Under the pieces are notes generated by a model. It made no database searches, had not been told where the DNA came from, and saw nothing but the letters and a program-made list of their open reading frames with translations. From the NCBI GenBank assembly GCA_017654855.1, contig CM030336.1, forward strand, positions 1,984,001-2,048,000: a stretch of 64,000 nucleotides of DNA, written 5' to 3'. The position numbers and the translations under genes are program-made. This DNA comes from Podospora anserina (Eukaryota). This document shows positions 13,507 to 25,721 of the stretch, piece after piece; position 1 is the stretch's first letter, and each line of letters opens with the position of its first letter.

Positions 13507-13791
13507 GGGTGTTTTGAGATGCATAGCGAGATTTTGGGTTCACAAAAAGTACGTGGTTGGATTTGGTATGACTAGGGTTTAGATCTTATGACATATAGGG
13601 GACGTTTCTTTTCTTTTGGTTACAAGAAAACTTGTCGTGATTGAAGTTTTTAGGACACATAGGCACGAGAAATGTTGAAGAATATTGGAATGACCAACTT
13701 TTAACACTAACCATCCATGTTGCCCAAACCCATCCATCCAGAATAACAACTGAAGAAAAAAGACATTACGTATTACACACACAGAGAGAAA

Positions 13792-15159
13792 TTAAAGCTT
13801 AGGAACCAGCCCAACACCAGTACCGCCCATCACCTTGTCGTTCTCATCCAGAGGGCAAAGCTGGAAGAAGCGCTCCCGCGAGCAGCGCACAAAGGCGGAG
13901 CGCTTGTGGGGCAGGTCGATGAACTTGTCCAGACCGAAGCCGTGCATGAGGTCGTACATGAGAACCGAGCTGTTGGTGTACTTGGGCTCACCGACGACGC
14001 TCATGGTGCGGGGCTCGTCAAGGAAGAGGTAGTGCATCAAGCTCGACCACCAGGCGCTCACACGGTGGGGCCCGCGGTAGCGGACGTCGCCCACGAGGGA
14101 GTGTCTGCCGCGGTCGTAGTCGCCGGCAGAGTAGTACGCGCCGATGCGGTCTTCCTGTTTTTTTGTTAGTATTTCTTTCCCAATGTCAAGGTGTTGATGA
14201 GGAGGGTGGGAAGAACATACCTTGCCCCAGTACACCTCAAAATAAGCAAAGCAGACGTCGTCGAACCGCGCGAGAATGGTGATCTGATGGGGATCCTCGT
14301 GCGCCTTGCGGAGGTACTCCCTGTGCTGCTCGACCGTGCCCGTCTCGTTCCACCCCTGGGAAACGCGAGGGTCGTTCTGCCAGGTGTGGAACAAGTTGAG
14401 GTGTTCGTCGTTCTTGTAGTCGAGCGCGATCATGCTGAACGTCTCCTTGAGGTGGGGGATGTACCGGCTGTAAATGACGGAGCCGGGGATGGGCTTCGTC
14501 CGGCGCCTTGGGTGCCAGCAGAGGGCGGAGGAGTCGCTGGTCATGACGTACTCGGGGGGCGGGAGGGGGTAGCCCGAGAGGTCGGGGTCCTGCTCTTCGG
14601 GGACCCAGGCGGGGCGGGAGCCGAAGGGGGAGCCGGCGCCTTGCCAGAAGGCACCGCGGGAGATGACGAGCTCCTTTGTTGGGGGGGCGTCCTTGATGGC
14701 GGTGGTGGGGTGGTCAATGGCTAGGCCGACGGCCTTGAGCTGAGAGGAGAGTTTGTCGGCGCTGGAGCCGAAGAGGGCGAGGCGGAAGGCTTCCTCGGAG
14801 GGGCGGAGGATGAAGACGGCGTAGGTGATGAGCCACACTTGGCCGACGGTGGGTGGTTGCTCGCCCTTCCAGGTGATGGAGACGGACGGCGTCCGTCTTG
14901 CTCTGCCCCAGGCGGTGTTGTTGGAGTCTTTTGGCTTGTCGCCGAGCTTGAGGTCCTCGGGAGCTGTGAAGAAGATGGCATCGTTGTGAAGAGGCTCGCG
15001 AAGGGACTTGAGGCCCTCACGGGCTTGGAGCTGGAAGCCCTCCTGGCCCTTGACGACGTGGTAGGCGGTCTGGTAGGGGTGAGGGAGTTTGAGGATGGGC
15101 TCGGAAGACGCAGCGTACTCCGCGAGTTGGAGACGCGCTTTTGTTTGAGTTGACGCCAT
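13792..15159 (-). CDS. sidF: N5-hydroxyornithine acyltransferase (SidF/IucB/AlcB-type GNAT), PTS1-like PKL end
   Basis: FWQGAGSPFG, WHPRR, HTWQNDPRV, YFEVYW, DRGRHSLVG, FLDEPRT..VVGEP, IDLPHKRS. An in-frame 66-nt intron (14220-14155) is retained in the ORF track. Confidence 0.88.
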   Translation of the reverse strand: MASTQTKARLQLAEYAASSEPILKLPHPYQTAYHVVKGQEGFQLQAREGLKSLREPLHNDAIFFTAPEDLKLGDKPKDSNNTAWGRARRTPSVSITWKGEQPPTVGQVWLITYAVFILRPSEEAFRLALFGSSADKLSSQLKAVGLAIDHPTTAIKDAPPTKELVISRGAFWQGAGSPFGSRPAWVPEEQDPDLSGYPLPPPEYVMTSDSSALCWHPRRRTKPIPGSVIYSRYIPHLKETFSMIALDYKNDEHLNLFHTWQNDPRVSQGWNETGTVEQHREYLRKAHEDPHQITILARFDDVCFAYFEVYWGKVCSSHPPHQHLDIGKEILTKKQEDRIGAYYSAGDYDRGRHSLVGDVRYRGPHRVSAWWSSLMHYLFLDEPRTMSVVGEPKYTNSSVLMYDLMHGFGLDKFIDLPHKRSAFVRCSRERFFQLCPLDENDKVMGGTGVGLVPKL

Positions 15160-15583
15160 TGTGATACTGTATGTGATCGGGTTCGCGGGAGAAACGTATG
15201 ACGACACTACTACACTGATGAGAGAGTGGTAGTTTTGTCTGACACTCAAGAGGACTACACGTAGCTTTTTTTTTTTTAACACCTTCGGAAAAGCTGTCCC
15301 AATTCGTCTTCACATGTCCAGTGGGAAAACAAACAGAAAGAATAAAACAAGGATGCCCCTCCCCCACTACACTCTCAATGAAATGCAACCCCCAGGGCAA
15401 CTCGCAACCGAAGAGATGCTTCTGGGGTCAAACGAGGACCGAAGGCGTGGCTCCTAGATCCATGGTGCCTGTGGAAACCGGTTTGCTGCTTTCATCTTTC
15501 CAGCCAAAGGCTCCGAAACGATGGCCAATGGAAAGGGGGCTCAGGGGGTGGTTGCACAGAAGCCATGGCGTGCTGGGGAACGG

Positions 15584-16028
15584 ATCTGATAACTTTGTTC
15601 GGACGCCAGAAAGCGGATCAGATAATTTCTGTCTGCAGACCCCTGTCAGACCTCCACCCTTGGCCAACCGACCTCGGAGGGAGGGGACACAGAACAGAAG
15701 ACTTGAGAAATTTCGAGGACGTTGTGTGACTTTGATGGCATCATTCTGCAGGCCGTGGCAACTGGCAAGTCTCTCCTCGTTGTAAAGAACCATGTCACAA
15801 GAATAAAAGAGTGAGGCACGAACTCAGCTGTAGGAAGGTCTTCTCTTCCGAGACAGAGACGAAAAAAACGTGGAAACCCACGACACAAAGACTTGGCATG
15901 ATTAATCTTATCAGATCGTTTTGATGCCGGCTGTTCTGAGGCATTTTACAGGGGTTGCAGTGGACAGTGCGGGTCTGAAAATCATACCATTGCCCCCTGC
16001 TCAGTTGCAGCCCTCGACTTTATCAGAT
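15584..16028. promoter_or_regulatory. Four SreA/SRE boxes (ATCWGATAA) in the divergent sidF-sidI promoter
   Basis: ATCTGATAA 15584-15592, ATCAGATAA 15617-15625, TTATCAGAT 15908-15916 and TTATCAGAT 16020-16028. Confidence 0.85.
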
Positions 16029-16724
16029 GGAGCTAGCACCAAACTGTCCATCTCGTCCTTTCCGCTCTTCACGGCAAACCTCTGCGGGCCAAGTTTCTCG
16101 GAGCAAGAGAGAAAAATCTGCCATGCACCCCACCTTCTCTGTGCTCCAGCCGAGGATCTTCACTTCTTCTCCTACCGACTGACCGCATCCGATGGAGAAA
16201 CGAAGCACTGGAGATGCTGTTCACGCAGTCCAGGTCTGACTCGACAGGCCCAAGGTCAGGGGACAGCAGCATCACAACAGGATCGGTGGAAGGGGAGCTT
16301 GTGTGAATCACATCTTATCAATCTAATCAGTGGCTGACTGGAAATGCCGACATGAGGGCGCGTCACATTCACGATTGGTCACCGGTTGCCAGGAAGCCTG
16401 GCCATGCGGCACAAATTTGGTCTCCAGCAAAAGGGGTCCCCCCCCTCCTTCTGCTTCGTGGGTGTGTAGGGCCACATGCCATTCCGTCATAACCCTCCCG
16501 TTGCCGGCCCCGGCATGGCGGTTCTCGACTCTTCTGGGATGTCTTGTAATTTGTTGAAGAAGTTGTGAAGCCGTTCTGTCGTTCTGGTAGTACCAATCTT
16601 GCTCTTGTCGACCGGGGCTTTTACATACGTTAATATCGAGCCGAGAATAAACCCCGAGCTTCTCGCTATCGCCCTTCCTCCAGACAGCCGGGAATCACAC
16701 AGTTCACGCCAGATTGTTATCAAA

Positions 16725-18511
16725 ATGTCTGCCGTACAAAATCCCGTCGAAGAGGCCGTTGTCCTCCCACAACCTCAGAGGCTGTCCCTTCTCAAGGGCC
16801 CAACAGATCCTCCTCTTGTCGACCTCACCCTCGGAGAACTCCTCAACCTTCAGTGTCTGCACCACGGAAACAGAGAGGGAATTGTGATTCCATGGACAGG
16901 AGCGAGATGGACCTACAACGAGCTCAATCACCACAGTCGGCTGCTGGCCGCCGCCCTTCTAGAGATGGGCATCGGTGTTGGTGACAGAGTCGGCATCATG
17001 GCTGGCAACTGCGAACAATATGCTGCTGTTTTCTTCGCCGCCACCAGGATAGGAGCCATTCTCGTCATCATGAACAACACTTATACCCCTACTGAGGCCT
17101 TGTACGGTCTCGACTTCTCGGGTATGTCTCAGCTCTGATGGGTGATCACCGTGATGCTAACAACGATCCAGAATGCAAGGTTTTCTTCACCACCAAGAAG
17201 ATTGGCCGTCTCGATCAAGGCCCACTACTCACACAACTTGCTGCCAGAGCGACTGGCCCCAAGGTTGTGATCCTTCGCGGTGATTCCGAGGGTTACCCAA
17301 TCTACAAGGAGCTTCTCACCCAAGGAGCCAGGGTAGATCCCGAGCGCCTTCATCATGCTGAGAGCAAGGTGCTTCCTCACCTTGTTTGCAACCTCCAGTT
17401 CACCAGCGGCACAACCGGTCTTCCCAAAGCTGCAATGCTCACTCATCACAACATTGTCAACAACTCCAGGTTCATCGGAGACCGCATGAGACTCACACAC
17501 AACGACGTTCTCTGCTGCCCGCCTCCTCTGTTCCACTGCTTCGGTCTGGTGCTTGGCCTCATGGCCGTCATCACTCACGGTGGAAAGATCATCTACCCTG
17601 CCGAGGTGTTCGACGCACCTGCTACCCTCCGCACCATCATTGGGGAACAGTGCACCGCTGTTCATGGCGTCCCCGCCATGTTCGACAGTCTTTTGGCTCT
17701 TCCCGAAGCCAAGAATCTCAAGGCGGCCGACCTCCGACTCCGCACCGGCATCGTGGCCGGCGCCCCCGTCCCTCGCCACCTGATGGAGCTCATGGTCTCC
17801 AAGCTCGGCATGAAGGAGTTCACATCCAGCTACGGTCTCACCGAGGCCTCTCCCACTTGCTTCAACGCTTTCACCGACGACCCCATCGACACCCGTCTCA
17901 CCACCGTTGGCACTCTGATGCCTCACGCCCGAGCCAAGATTGTGGACCGCGACGGTGTGATTGTGCCCATTGGCACCCGGGGTGAGCTCTGCATCGGCGG
18001 GTACCAGCTCCAGGCCGGCTACTGGAACAACTCGGAAAAGACCAACGACTGCATGATGAAGGACGAGGCCGGCGTCTTGTGGCTGCACACCGGTGACGAG
18101 GCCGTCTTTGACGAGCGTGGATACTGCACCATTACCGGTCGGTTCAAGGACATCATCATTCGAGGAGGGGAGAACATCTACCCGCTCGAGATTGAGGAAC
18201 GGCTGGTCGCCCACCCGTCCATCTCCATGGCTGTGGTTGTCGGGCTGAAGGATGCACACTATGGCGAGGTTGTCGGTGCGTTTCTTCAGCTTGACCCTGC
18301 TCACACTGCTAGCACGAAGCCCACTGTTGAGGAGGTGCGTGAGTGGTGTAGGCGGAAGCTGGGGAAGCACAAGGCGCCCACTCATGTGTTTTGGCTGGGC
18401 CACGATGGGGTTCCTGCTGCGGTGCCATTGACGGGGAGTGGAAAGGTGAGAAAGTTCGAGATGGCTCAGTTGGGGAATAAGTTGCTTGAGGGTGTCAAGG
18501 CGAAGCTTTGA
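16725..18511 (+). CDS. sidI: Acyl-CoA ligase, likely mevalonyl-CoA ligase (SidI-like), PTS1 AKL
   Basis: QFTSGTTGLPK, PPLFHCFG, SYGLTEASP, WLHTGD, DIIIRGGENIYP, TGSGKV. Intron ~17122-17171. Divergent from the sidF-like gene with shared SRE boxes. Confidence 0.8.
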
Positions 18512-18836
18512 GGGGTTGGTGTGAGGAAGGTCTAGCTGGGGAGCCGTGATATTGGTTGGACAGAAGTTGGCCGGAAAAAGGAAAGACGGAGTTTGCATAA
18601 TTCGGGTGGGATTGGGCGGGGAAATTTGCATGTTCTTTTTGCTTGGCTTGGATACAAAAATGATAATACACACCATGACATTGATTCTGTGGCGCCTAGA
18701 ATTGCCCCCGAATGACGAACAGACAAGCCCCCAACGACGACCTGAACCGAGCCACAACCGCACAACTAAACAAGTGATGAGCTCCTTCTCAGTAGACGAA
18801 TAGTTCTAATTACCTCGCTAATTACCATACTTCACA

Positions 18837-18909
18837 GGCCGGCTGGTGTAGTGGTTATCACGTTTGTCTCACACACAAAAGGTGCCAGGTTCGATCCCTG
18901 GGTCGGTCA
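18837..18909 (+). tRNA. tRNA-Val(CAC)
   Basis: GGCCGGC/GTCGGTC acceptor stem, TGGTGTAGTGG A box, anticodon arm TTTGT-CTCACAC-ACAAA, GGTTCGATCC B box; 73 nt. Confidence 0.95.
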
Positions 18910-19055
18910 AATCAGAAGTTATCTTTTGCTTCCCAGCTCAGCACCCATAGTTGGGATTGCCTCTGCTTTTTGGACTCGAAGGAGGGAGGCATAGAACACA
19001 AGATTTTGCTGCTTGATAGGAGTGTGTCGTCCCCTGATGATTTACAAAGGAGAAA

Positions 19056-19089
19056 CCTGCTGGTATATCCTGCTGGTATATCCTGCTGG
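19056..19089. repeat. 13-bp tandem repeat CCTGCTGGTATAT x~2.6
   Basis: cctgctggtatat cctgctggtatat cctgctgg, read directly. Confidence 0.8.
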
Positions 19090-19715
19090 CCCATTATCGA
19101 TCAGCTGACGTTGAGATAAAAGATAACGAGTGTGTAAAATAGTTACAGAGACATGTATATCATCTGTCTGAGATGTACTCAGAACACCAAGAGCTTGGAA
19201 TTTGATTGTGGTAGAGTCGGGCATCAGCTGTTCAACATTGATGTAGACTCGGGTCATTGGTAAGTAGATCCGTTGATTCAAAGAGAGACATTGGGAATGA
19301 TTGAAATCAAGGAAGATCAATAGTTATATTTGGGGGTTGGGATTTCACTGAAACCAACACAACAGCCAACCAGTTCACACTTCAAGACACACTCAAGCTG
19401 TTGCACCCAATGCACTTCCATTATAGCCAAACTCACTGAGAAAACTAATAAAGTACAAATAAATCGACATAAATGTGCAAAAAGCATTTGTATTCAAATC
19501 ATATCTGGTATCTTCCCAACAACAAAGCTCCATCAAACCACACAATGTCATGAGCAAGTGCAGAACAATAGACTCAAGCAAACACCGCCACAACCGCCGA
19601 GATTTCACGTGAAAGCTTCTCCACTTCTCCGCCTCAACACATGTACTTGTCGTTTCCTGGCTACCAACGGTTCTGCAAAACATAACTATTTCATCTCTGA
19701 CTGCATCATCCTGGG

Positions 19716-22257
19716 CTATAGCACGGAGTCTTTTCGTGGTGAGCCGCTGTGATAGGGGTCCGAATCGCTGTCGACATCCGCATCTGAATGATGATTGTTT
19801 CTTGGAGGGGAGGATCTCACGATCTTGATGCCGACCGGGGTAATAGCCACCTGCGATTCTTTGTGCGGGTCGTCAACGTTGATATCCTCCATTGCCACTG
19901 CCGAGTCGTCTCCCGCATGACTTGGGGATAGAGGCTTTGCGAAGTCATACAATAGTATCCCGGGCGAATGGAAGTAATCGTGATGTACGGGCCGTCCAGC
20001 ACGCAAGCTACCGTGGCTCTGGCTAGCACGCTTGAGTCGTGGCTTGCTCCTCGTACGGGGTCTGCTGGTAGCACGTGTTTTGCTACCAGGACGTCGTGTA
20101 CCGGCCCGGTGCATCCTGTTCCGGCCACGAAGGCTCATCTCTAGTCTTTCATCCTCTTCCGACTCTTTGTCCGTCCACTCGTCCTCCACATCCTGCATAT
20201 TCTGGAAAAGCTTCTCGTGTCTGGCCGCCAGCAGTTGGATGCTACCGCCAGAACTGCGGCGTCTTCTGTCCCAAGCTCTTACAGGAGTCGCTTCGCCAGA
20301 TGATGGCTCTTGGTCACAAGGCGTACAACTAGAACGTGCATAGCCTCCGGTCGTGAGCTCAACACTTTTACCTCTGCTGTGAAGTGTTCTTCTCGTCGGG
20401 GCCTGCGGCTCTGAGACTCCCACAAGACGACGAAGCTCTACCTGGCTCTTGCTGAACACCACCCGGGCCCTCAGGTTGTGAACGGCCTGGTCCAGCGCCA
20501 GCTCAATAGCCAGTCGATCACGGATGCGGCTGAGTTTAGGCCAGGTTGCCCTCTCACCAATCAGGCAGTTGCGCATCATGAAGTCCGGTGTGGGGTTCTT
20601 CAAGATCAGAGGCAAGTCATGCACAGCAGTCTCGGGAAGAATGGTGATATCCCCCGAGTACTTCTGGCTTAAGATGCAGCGCAATTTGGTAAACAGGTTG
20701 GGAAAGATGCCCAACTCTGTCATGAACTGGAGTCTGTGGAGTGTTTCCTCCTTGGCCAGTGTTGTGAGCGTGTCTAGCCAGGCCCCGCTGTCTGGGGATT
20801 CTTTCTGCTGACGAAGCTTTCCTGGGGTTGTCGCCGGATAAAGACGGTCGTCCTTGGAGAGGAAAGGAACGATATGTGGGTTGACCTGTGAGACGATGAA
20901 ATGGTTGACGTTGAACATCTCGGCAAGTCGGGTCATGGGCAGGTCATTGTCCACCGAGCCATCAATCCAGTGTTGTGGTGTTGGGTTCCAGGGCACATGG
21001 GCACCGGTTGCTGGATCTTTGACTAGCAAAGAAGCAGCCTGGAAGACAAGAGGAACCGAACACGAAGCTGCCACGGCTGACCAGATCATGACATTAGGGG
21101 CCGTGATGTAGTTGAGCAGCCTAGGCAGCTCGTAAATCGAAGCTGAAGACACGCAAATGTTGCATATTCTTCTTGTTCGGTTGTAGGCCTCTTGGAATGT
21201 CACGTCACCGAGCCAGCTGCGCATTACCCTGGTCAGGTTCGATATGTCGGCCCAGCACCCTTCGGTAAGGAGTCGTCGAATGTGATCAGAAAGACCGTCC
21301 TTCTCGCCTTCGAAAACGCCCAAGTCTCCATAAGGGAACGCCTCGACCAAGGCGGGAATTTCTTCGTCCTTGCGTGTACACAGAACAGCACAAACAATTG
21401 AACCAGCCGAAGCACCCGAGATGATGCGCGGCAGCAGCTTGGATTCATAGAGTGCCTTCAAGACGCCGATGTGGGACATGCCAAAGGTTGCTCCACCGCT
21501 CAGGAGCAGAGCACTCCTTCCGAAACTCTGTCGAGCGTAGAGCATGCCCTCCAGCAAATCTTGGGTTTCCATGCCGGCCGGGATCGAGTAGGCACTCTTC
21601 TCCACCAGTGCCTCGATCGTTTTGACGGCCGAGTCCACGTAGCGTTCGATGAGGCTCTTGGTCCCAATGTACGAATGGCGGTACAAGTCAATGTTTCCCA
21701 TTCCACCAAGGTCTCGCGAGAGGGCTGTTCGGATGAGATACATCATGGTGCTGATATCACAGTCGATCCGGGCAGCATCCAACTCCTTGAGCTTGAGTCG
21801 GATCAGTTGGGGGTGGTAGTCGCCACTTGCATCGTCGAGCTTCCATTCGTCATTCCCTTCGAGCGCATCTAATTCTTTAGCAGCGGCGTTCCAATCCCGC
21901 AGCGAAGTAGCCTGGTGTGGTGTTAGTACATGAACACCAGAGTGCACGTGCCCCCTCCGAAGCATGGTGTCTGCTTACGCTGTGCATGCGCGCTGCCAGA
22001 ATCTGCATCCTCTCCTCCGTCCGCCTCTTATCCTCGCGTTCCGACTCGCTGAGGCCATCTCGCCATGATAAGACAAGGTTGCTAGCGTCCCGGACAATCT
22101 TGGTTAATGGTGGGATGTAGGAGTGTGAAGGTGATGTTTTCTTCTTCAGCTTTAGCGGCGCCGGCCTCGGCCTCAGCCTCTTGGACGCTTTGAGCTTGCC
22201 ATCCTCAACAGTGTTGACTTGAATAATGGGAGGGCCATGAACGAGCAGGTCCGTCAT
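19716..22257 (-). CDS. Patatin-domain triacylglycerol lipase (Tgl3/4/5 family)
   Basis: LSGGATFG oxyanion motif, GASAG nucleophile, WIDGS catalytic Asp, SQVNPH. Intron ~21979-21912 joins ORFs 21877..22257 and 19716..21965. Confidence 0.92.
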
Positions 22258-24036
22258 TGCGGGGAAATGACGGCAGAGAGGAGCCGGGGGAGGAGGAGGA
22301 GGAGGAGCGGGAAGGGAGAAGATTGGTTCGCAGGCTGTAGTAGGTGGGCAGGTTGGAGGTACGAGACAGGGAGTCGTTTTTCAGGATGTGAGGCATTCGG
22401 AGCGAGGGTTGGATGGGTTGAGTGGTTTCCTCGTGGCTGATCTGGACACGCTTGGGCTTACAACGGGTGACGTAGCGTTGTTTTAAGGGTCAACGGTCAC
22501 GGAGGACGGGCGGGCGTTTGAGTAAGTTTGTCGTGGTGGGAGTTGAGTTGACGCGCCGCGAGTCGAGGGGACACCGTTGGGTATCTGTAGCCGCAACTCC
22601 TGGCAGACAGCAGAAGAAAAGCAAAACAGGGTGACGGGGTATCAGGGAACATTTTGATGTCGTTCCGGCGGCCGGAGCAAAAGGACGAAACAGGCCACCT
22701 GACGATGTGCCGCCGACAGGGATTCAACGGGCGCTGAAGACGAACAAAGACAGAAAAGGCGTAGGCGTGGGGAAAGATGGGATGCAGCAGGCGGGGCGGT
22801 CTGGGGCACGCAGCTGACCCCAGAATCTCAGTCTGGGCATTTTCAGCGGCCCGCCCCACCACTGCCCACCAATCAGTGCCCGACAGCCCAACAGGTCAAC
22901 ACCTGGTGTGATGGGAATCTCCGTATCGCTAGGTGTGAAGAAGCAGGTTTTACACTGCCAGACTGGAGAGGCCAGACGATCTTCTTTCCATATACAGAGA
23001 CTCCGTCTGTAACTCGGAAATCCATGACCTCAGCACCTGAAAAGATCGCACAGAAATGGAGACTGTGTGCATAGCCGAGCAATGTGAAGGCGAGACATGC
23101 AAGGCACTGCTTCGCTGGGTTGCACTTGGGTGGTAGCGTAAGGTAAGGTCGGGTAGCTGATGGCAGGAATGGAATGCGGGGGACGGAGTCGCTCGCTTGA
23201 GGTGTCTCTCCCGTATTATGAAGAACGGGCATTACTCCCTGTGAATTCATCAAGGTCGGACCTGGAAAGTGGTTCATGAAAAGGGCAACGCTTGATGCTC
23301 TGCTTGGAGACCTGAGTCAGGCTTGTGGTACGTATGAAAAGCCGGAGATATTCCCGATATCCAGTGTAGCGGTTGGGCAACTGTAGAATACGAAGCATGG
23401 CAGACCTTTCCTTTCACATGTCAGCAGCCGTCAAAGCATGTGCTTGATATCGAACTGCAGGGGAATTCACCGCTTGACCTCTGGCTGCCAACACATAGAT
23501 CATAAGTCACCTACTCGTACTCGACATATGGTAATTGGCTTCACAACATATGGAAAGAAAAGAAACCCCAGATTTGTTCCTGTCTTTGTTGGGCGTCTCG
23601 ATCCTCAAGAGGGCCCAATGTCGCGGTTGTGATTTGCGGGTCCGGGCCGTCAACCTGGAAGTCCGCTGATGACACGATGCTAAGCTATCAATTCGAAGGG
23701 GCATACGTGGCTGGATCAATGCATTTCCTCTCTAGAAGCGAGACGTCAACAAGCCCAAAATTCTACTTGAGAGCAGTTTCTGTGGTTGTGAAGGTCGATT
23801 AAAGACAGGGATGGCGGATCTTGCGGATCAGCGCGGTCATCACACCGCTCTCTGATTGGCCAACCGAGACCCACCCAACCGGCAGTCAGGTTTTGGAAGA
23901 CCTTTCGAGGCGCAAATTGGAAAGATAACGCGCGTCCAACAGCATCAACTCTGCGACGACGACATGGCGAATTTCTTCAGCCCAACTCCCTCGCTCATGG
24001 CAAGCTGAAGCTTGCTTGGGGGTATGCAGCAAGAAA

Positions 24037-25619
24037 ATGCTGCCAGAACCCAACATCACCTTTACGGTGCCGAGTCTCCACGACGCCCTCGACATCGACT
24101 GTCGTGTCTACCACCCCGAGTTACTCGCGCCCACGTCTGATGCCGCCCAATGGAAGAAACACGCCGCCATCTTTGCACATCCCTATGCACCTCTGGGCGG
24201 CAGCTTCGATGATCCCGTAGTGGGAATCGTTGCAAGTGCCCTTTTGCGGATGGGCTTCTTGGTTACGACCTTCAATTTCAGAGGGGCTCATGGATCGGCT
24301 GGAAAGACTTCCTGGACGGGAAAGGCAGAACAGGCCGATTACAAGTCAGTGATAGGCTTCGTCACCCATTACGTTCATTGCCTGAACCCATATCCGCATA
24401 TTACTCTCCGACGGTCCCATTCTGAAGTTCGCGAGAACGAGGTCGAACTGGAAGGCAGAGTTGCAGCCAAGATTCAGCTTCAGCCGCCCACTCCTGAGCC
24501 AACATTGATGGAAGCAACCCCTCTTTCTGCTGCCAGTACGAAGCCTGTTCTTTTGATGGGCGGTTATTCGTACGGCTCTATGATCACTGCTCAACTACCG
24601 GAAATCGAACCGGTTATGGCTTTGTTTGAGACACCTGAAAACGGAACGCCGGCTGCTGAGATCCGATTGAGGGCAGAGCATCTCGCCGAGAAGCAGAACA
24701 CAACTTTGGCTGACCTGCGCGCCGACTTTGTGGACCGCCAGCACGCCGGATCGCCGCGGCGGACTGGGGGGCTCCGTGTTGGCGGCATCGAGGATATTCG
24801 TAGGCCCCATGAGCCCCGACGTTCACTGTCCGTCGAGCTTGAGGAGAGAATACGGCACGGGATTGAAGAGCTCATGGCCAAAACCAAGAAAGGACCCAAG
24901 GCATCCCAACTGACCGAGATTAGGGACGGTGATGGTCCAAATTCCACTCGTGATGCAGCCTGTTCAACCTCGAAGCATGCCGCTACAGATCACCTGCCCC
25001 CTATCATAGGACGAACTCAGTATCGACCGGCATATCTTCTGGTGTCACCTCTTCAGGGCATAGTTACAAACTTCATTGCCATGTCGGTCCCTACGCCAAT
25101 TTCCAGCCTTGCTCGGAAGGCCTGGAATCGGCTCCCAGCCAAGCCTGGCAAAAAATCTGCTACGTCGCCAGAAGCTCCAAAGCCAATTGGTAGGTCCATA
25201 CTGTATTACTTGTCTTCCTTCCATTTGCATGATGAACATCCTACGTTAACCCAGCTCACTCAAACGCATACAATGCGGATGCTGAAAACGCGTATTATCT
25301 ACTCCTGACTTCTTCCATCTATTTATCCTCCATGTCTCAGCTCGCTGTCTGGTTCTGCGCTAACATGCTGGCCCCAGTAGACAACCCGGAGAATAAGTTG
25401 ACCCAACATGACACTCTGGTAGTATACGGCGACAACGATGTCTTTACGCCCGTCCGAAAGCTCAGGACTTGGACTGCCCGGTTGCAGGCGGTACCCAACT
25501 CCAAGTTTCGAGGAGTTGAGGTGTACAGTGCAACGCACTTCTGGGCACAAGCGAAGGTCGCCCAAACCTTGCGCGATGCTGTCATCGTGTTTGCCCAGTC
25601 TCTGCTCGCTGAAACATGA
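24037..25619 (+). CDS. Alpha/beta hydrolase (fungal, uncharacterised)
   Basis: AHPYAPLGGSFDDPVV, FNFRG, GGYSYG nucleophile elbow. After an intron (~25190-25380) come YGDNDVF and ATHFW (Asp/His of the triad). Confidence 0.82.
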
Positions 25620-25721
25620 ACCATTGGATCTCATTGACTATCAAGTACAAATGCCAAAGCCTATCAAAACACGGGAACAGGAACACCACCAAACCCAAAC
25701 CTCATGCGCCTAGTGCATACT

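Noticed and set aside
18910..19700. AT-richer stretch with a 13-bp tandem repeat next to tRNA-Val, considered as a solo LTR or RIP relic
   Set aside because: No TG...CA boundaries with a target-site duplication, no second copy and no transposon ORF visible.
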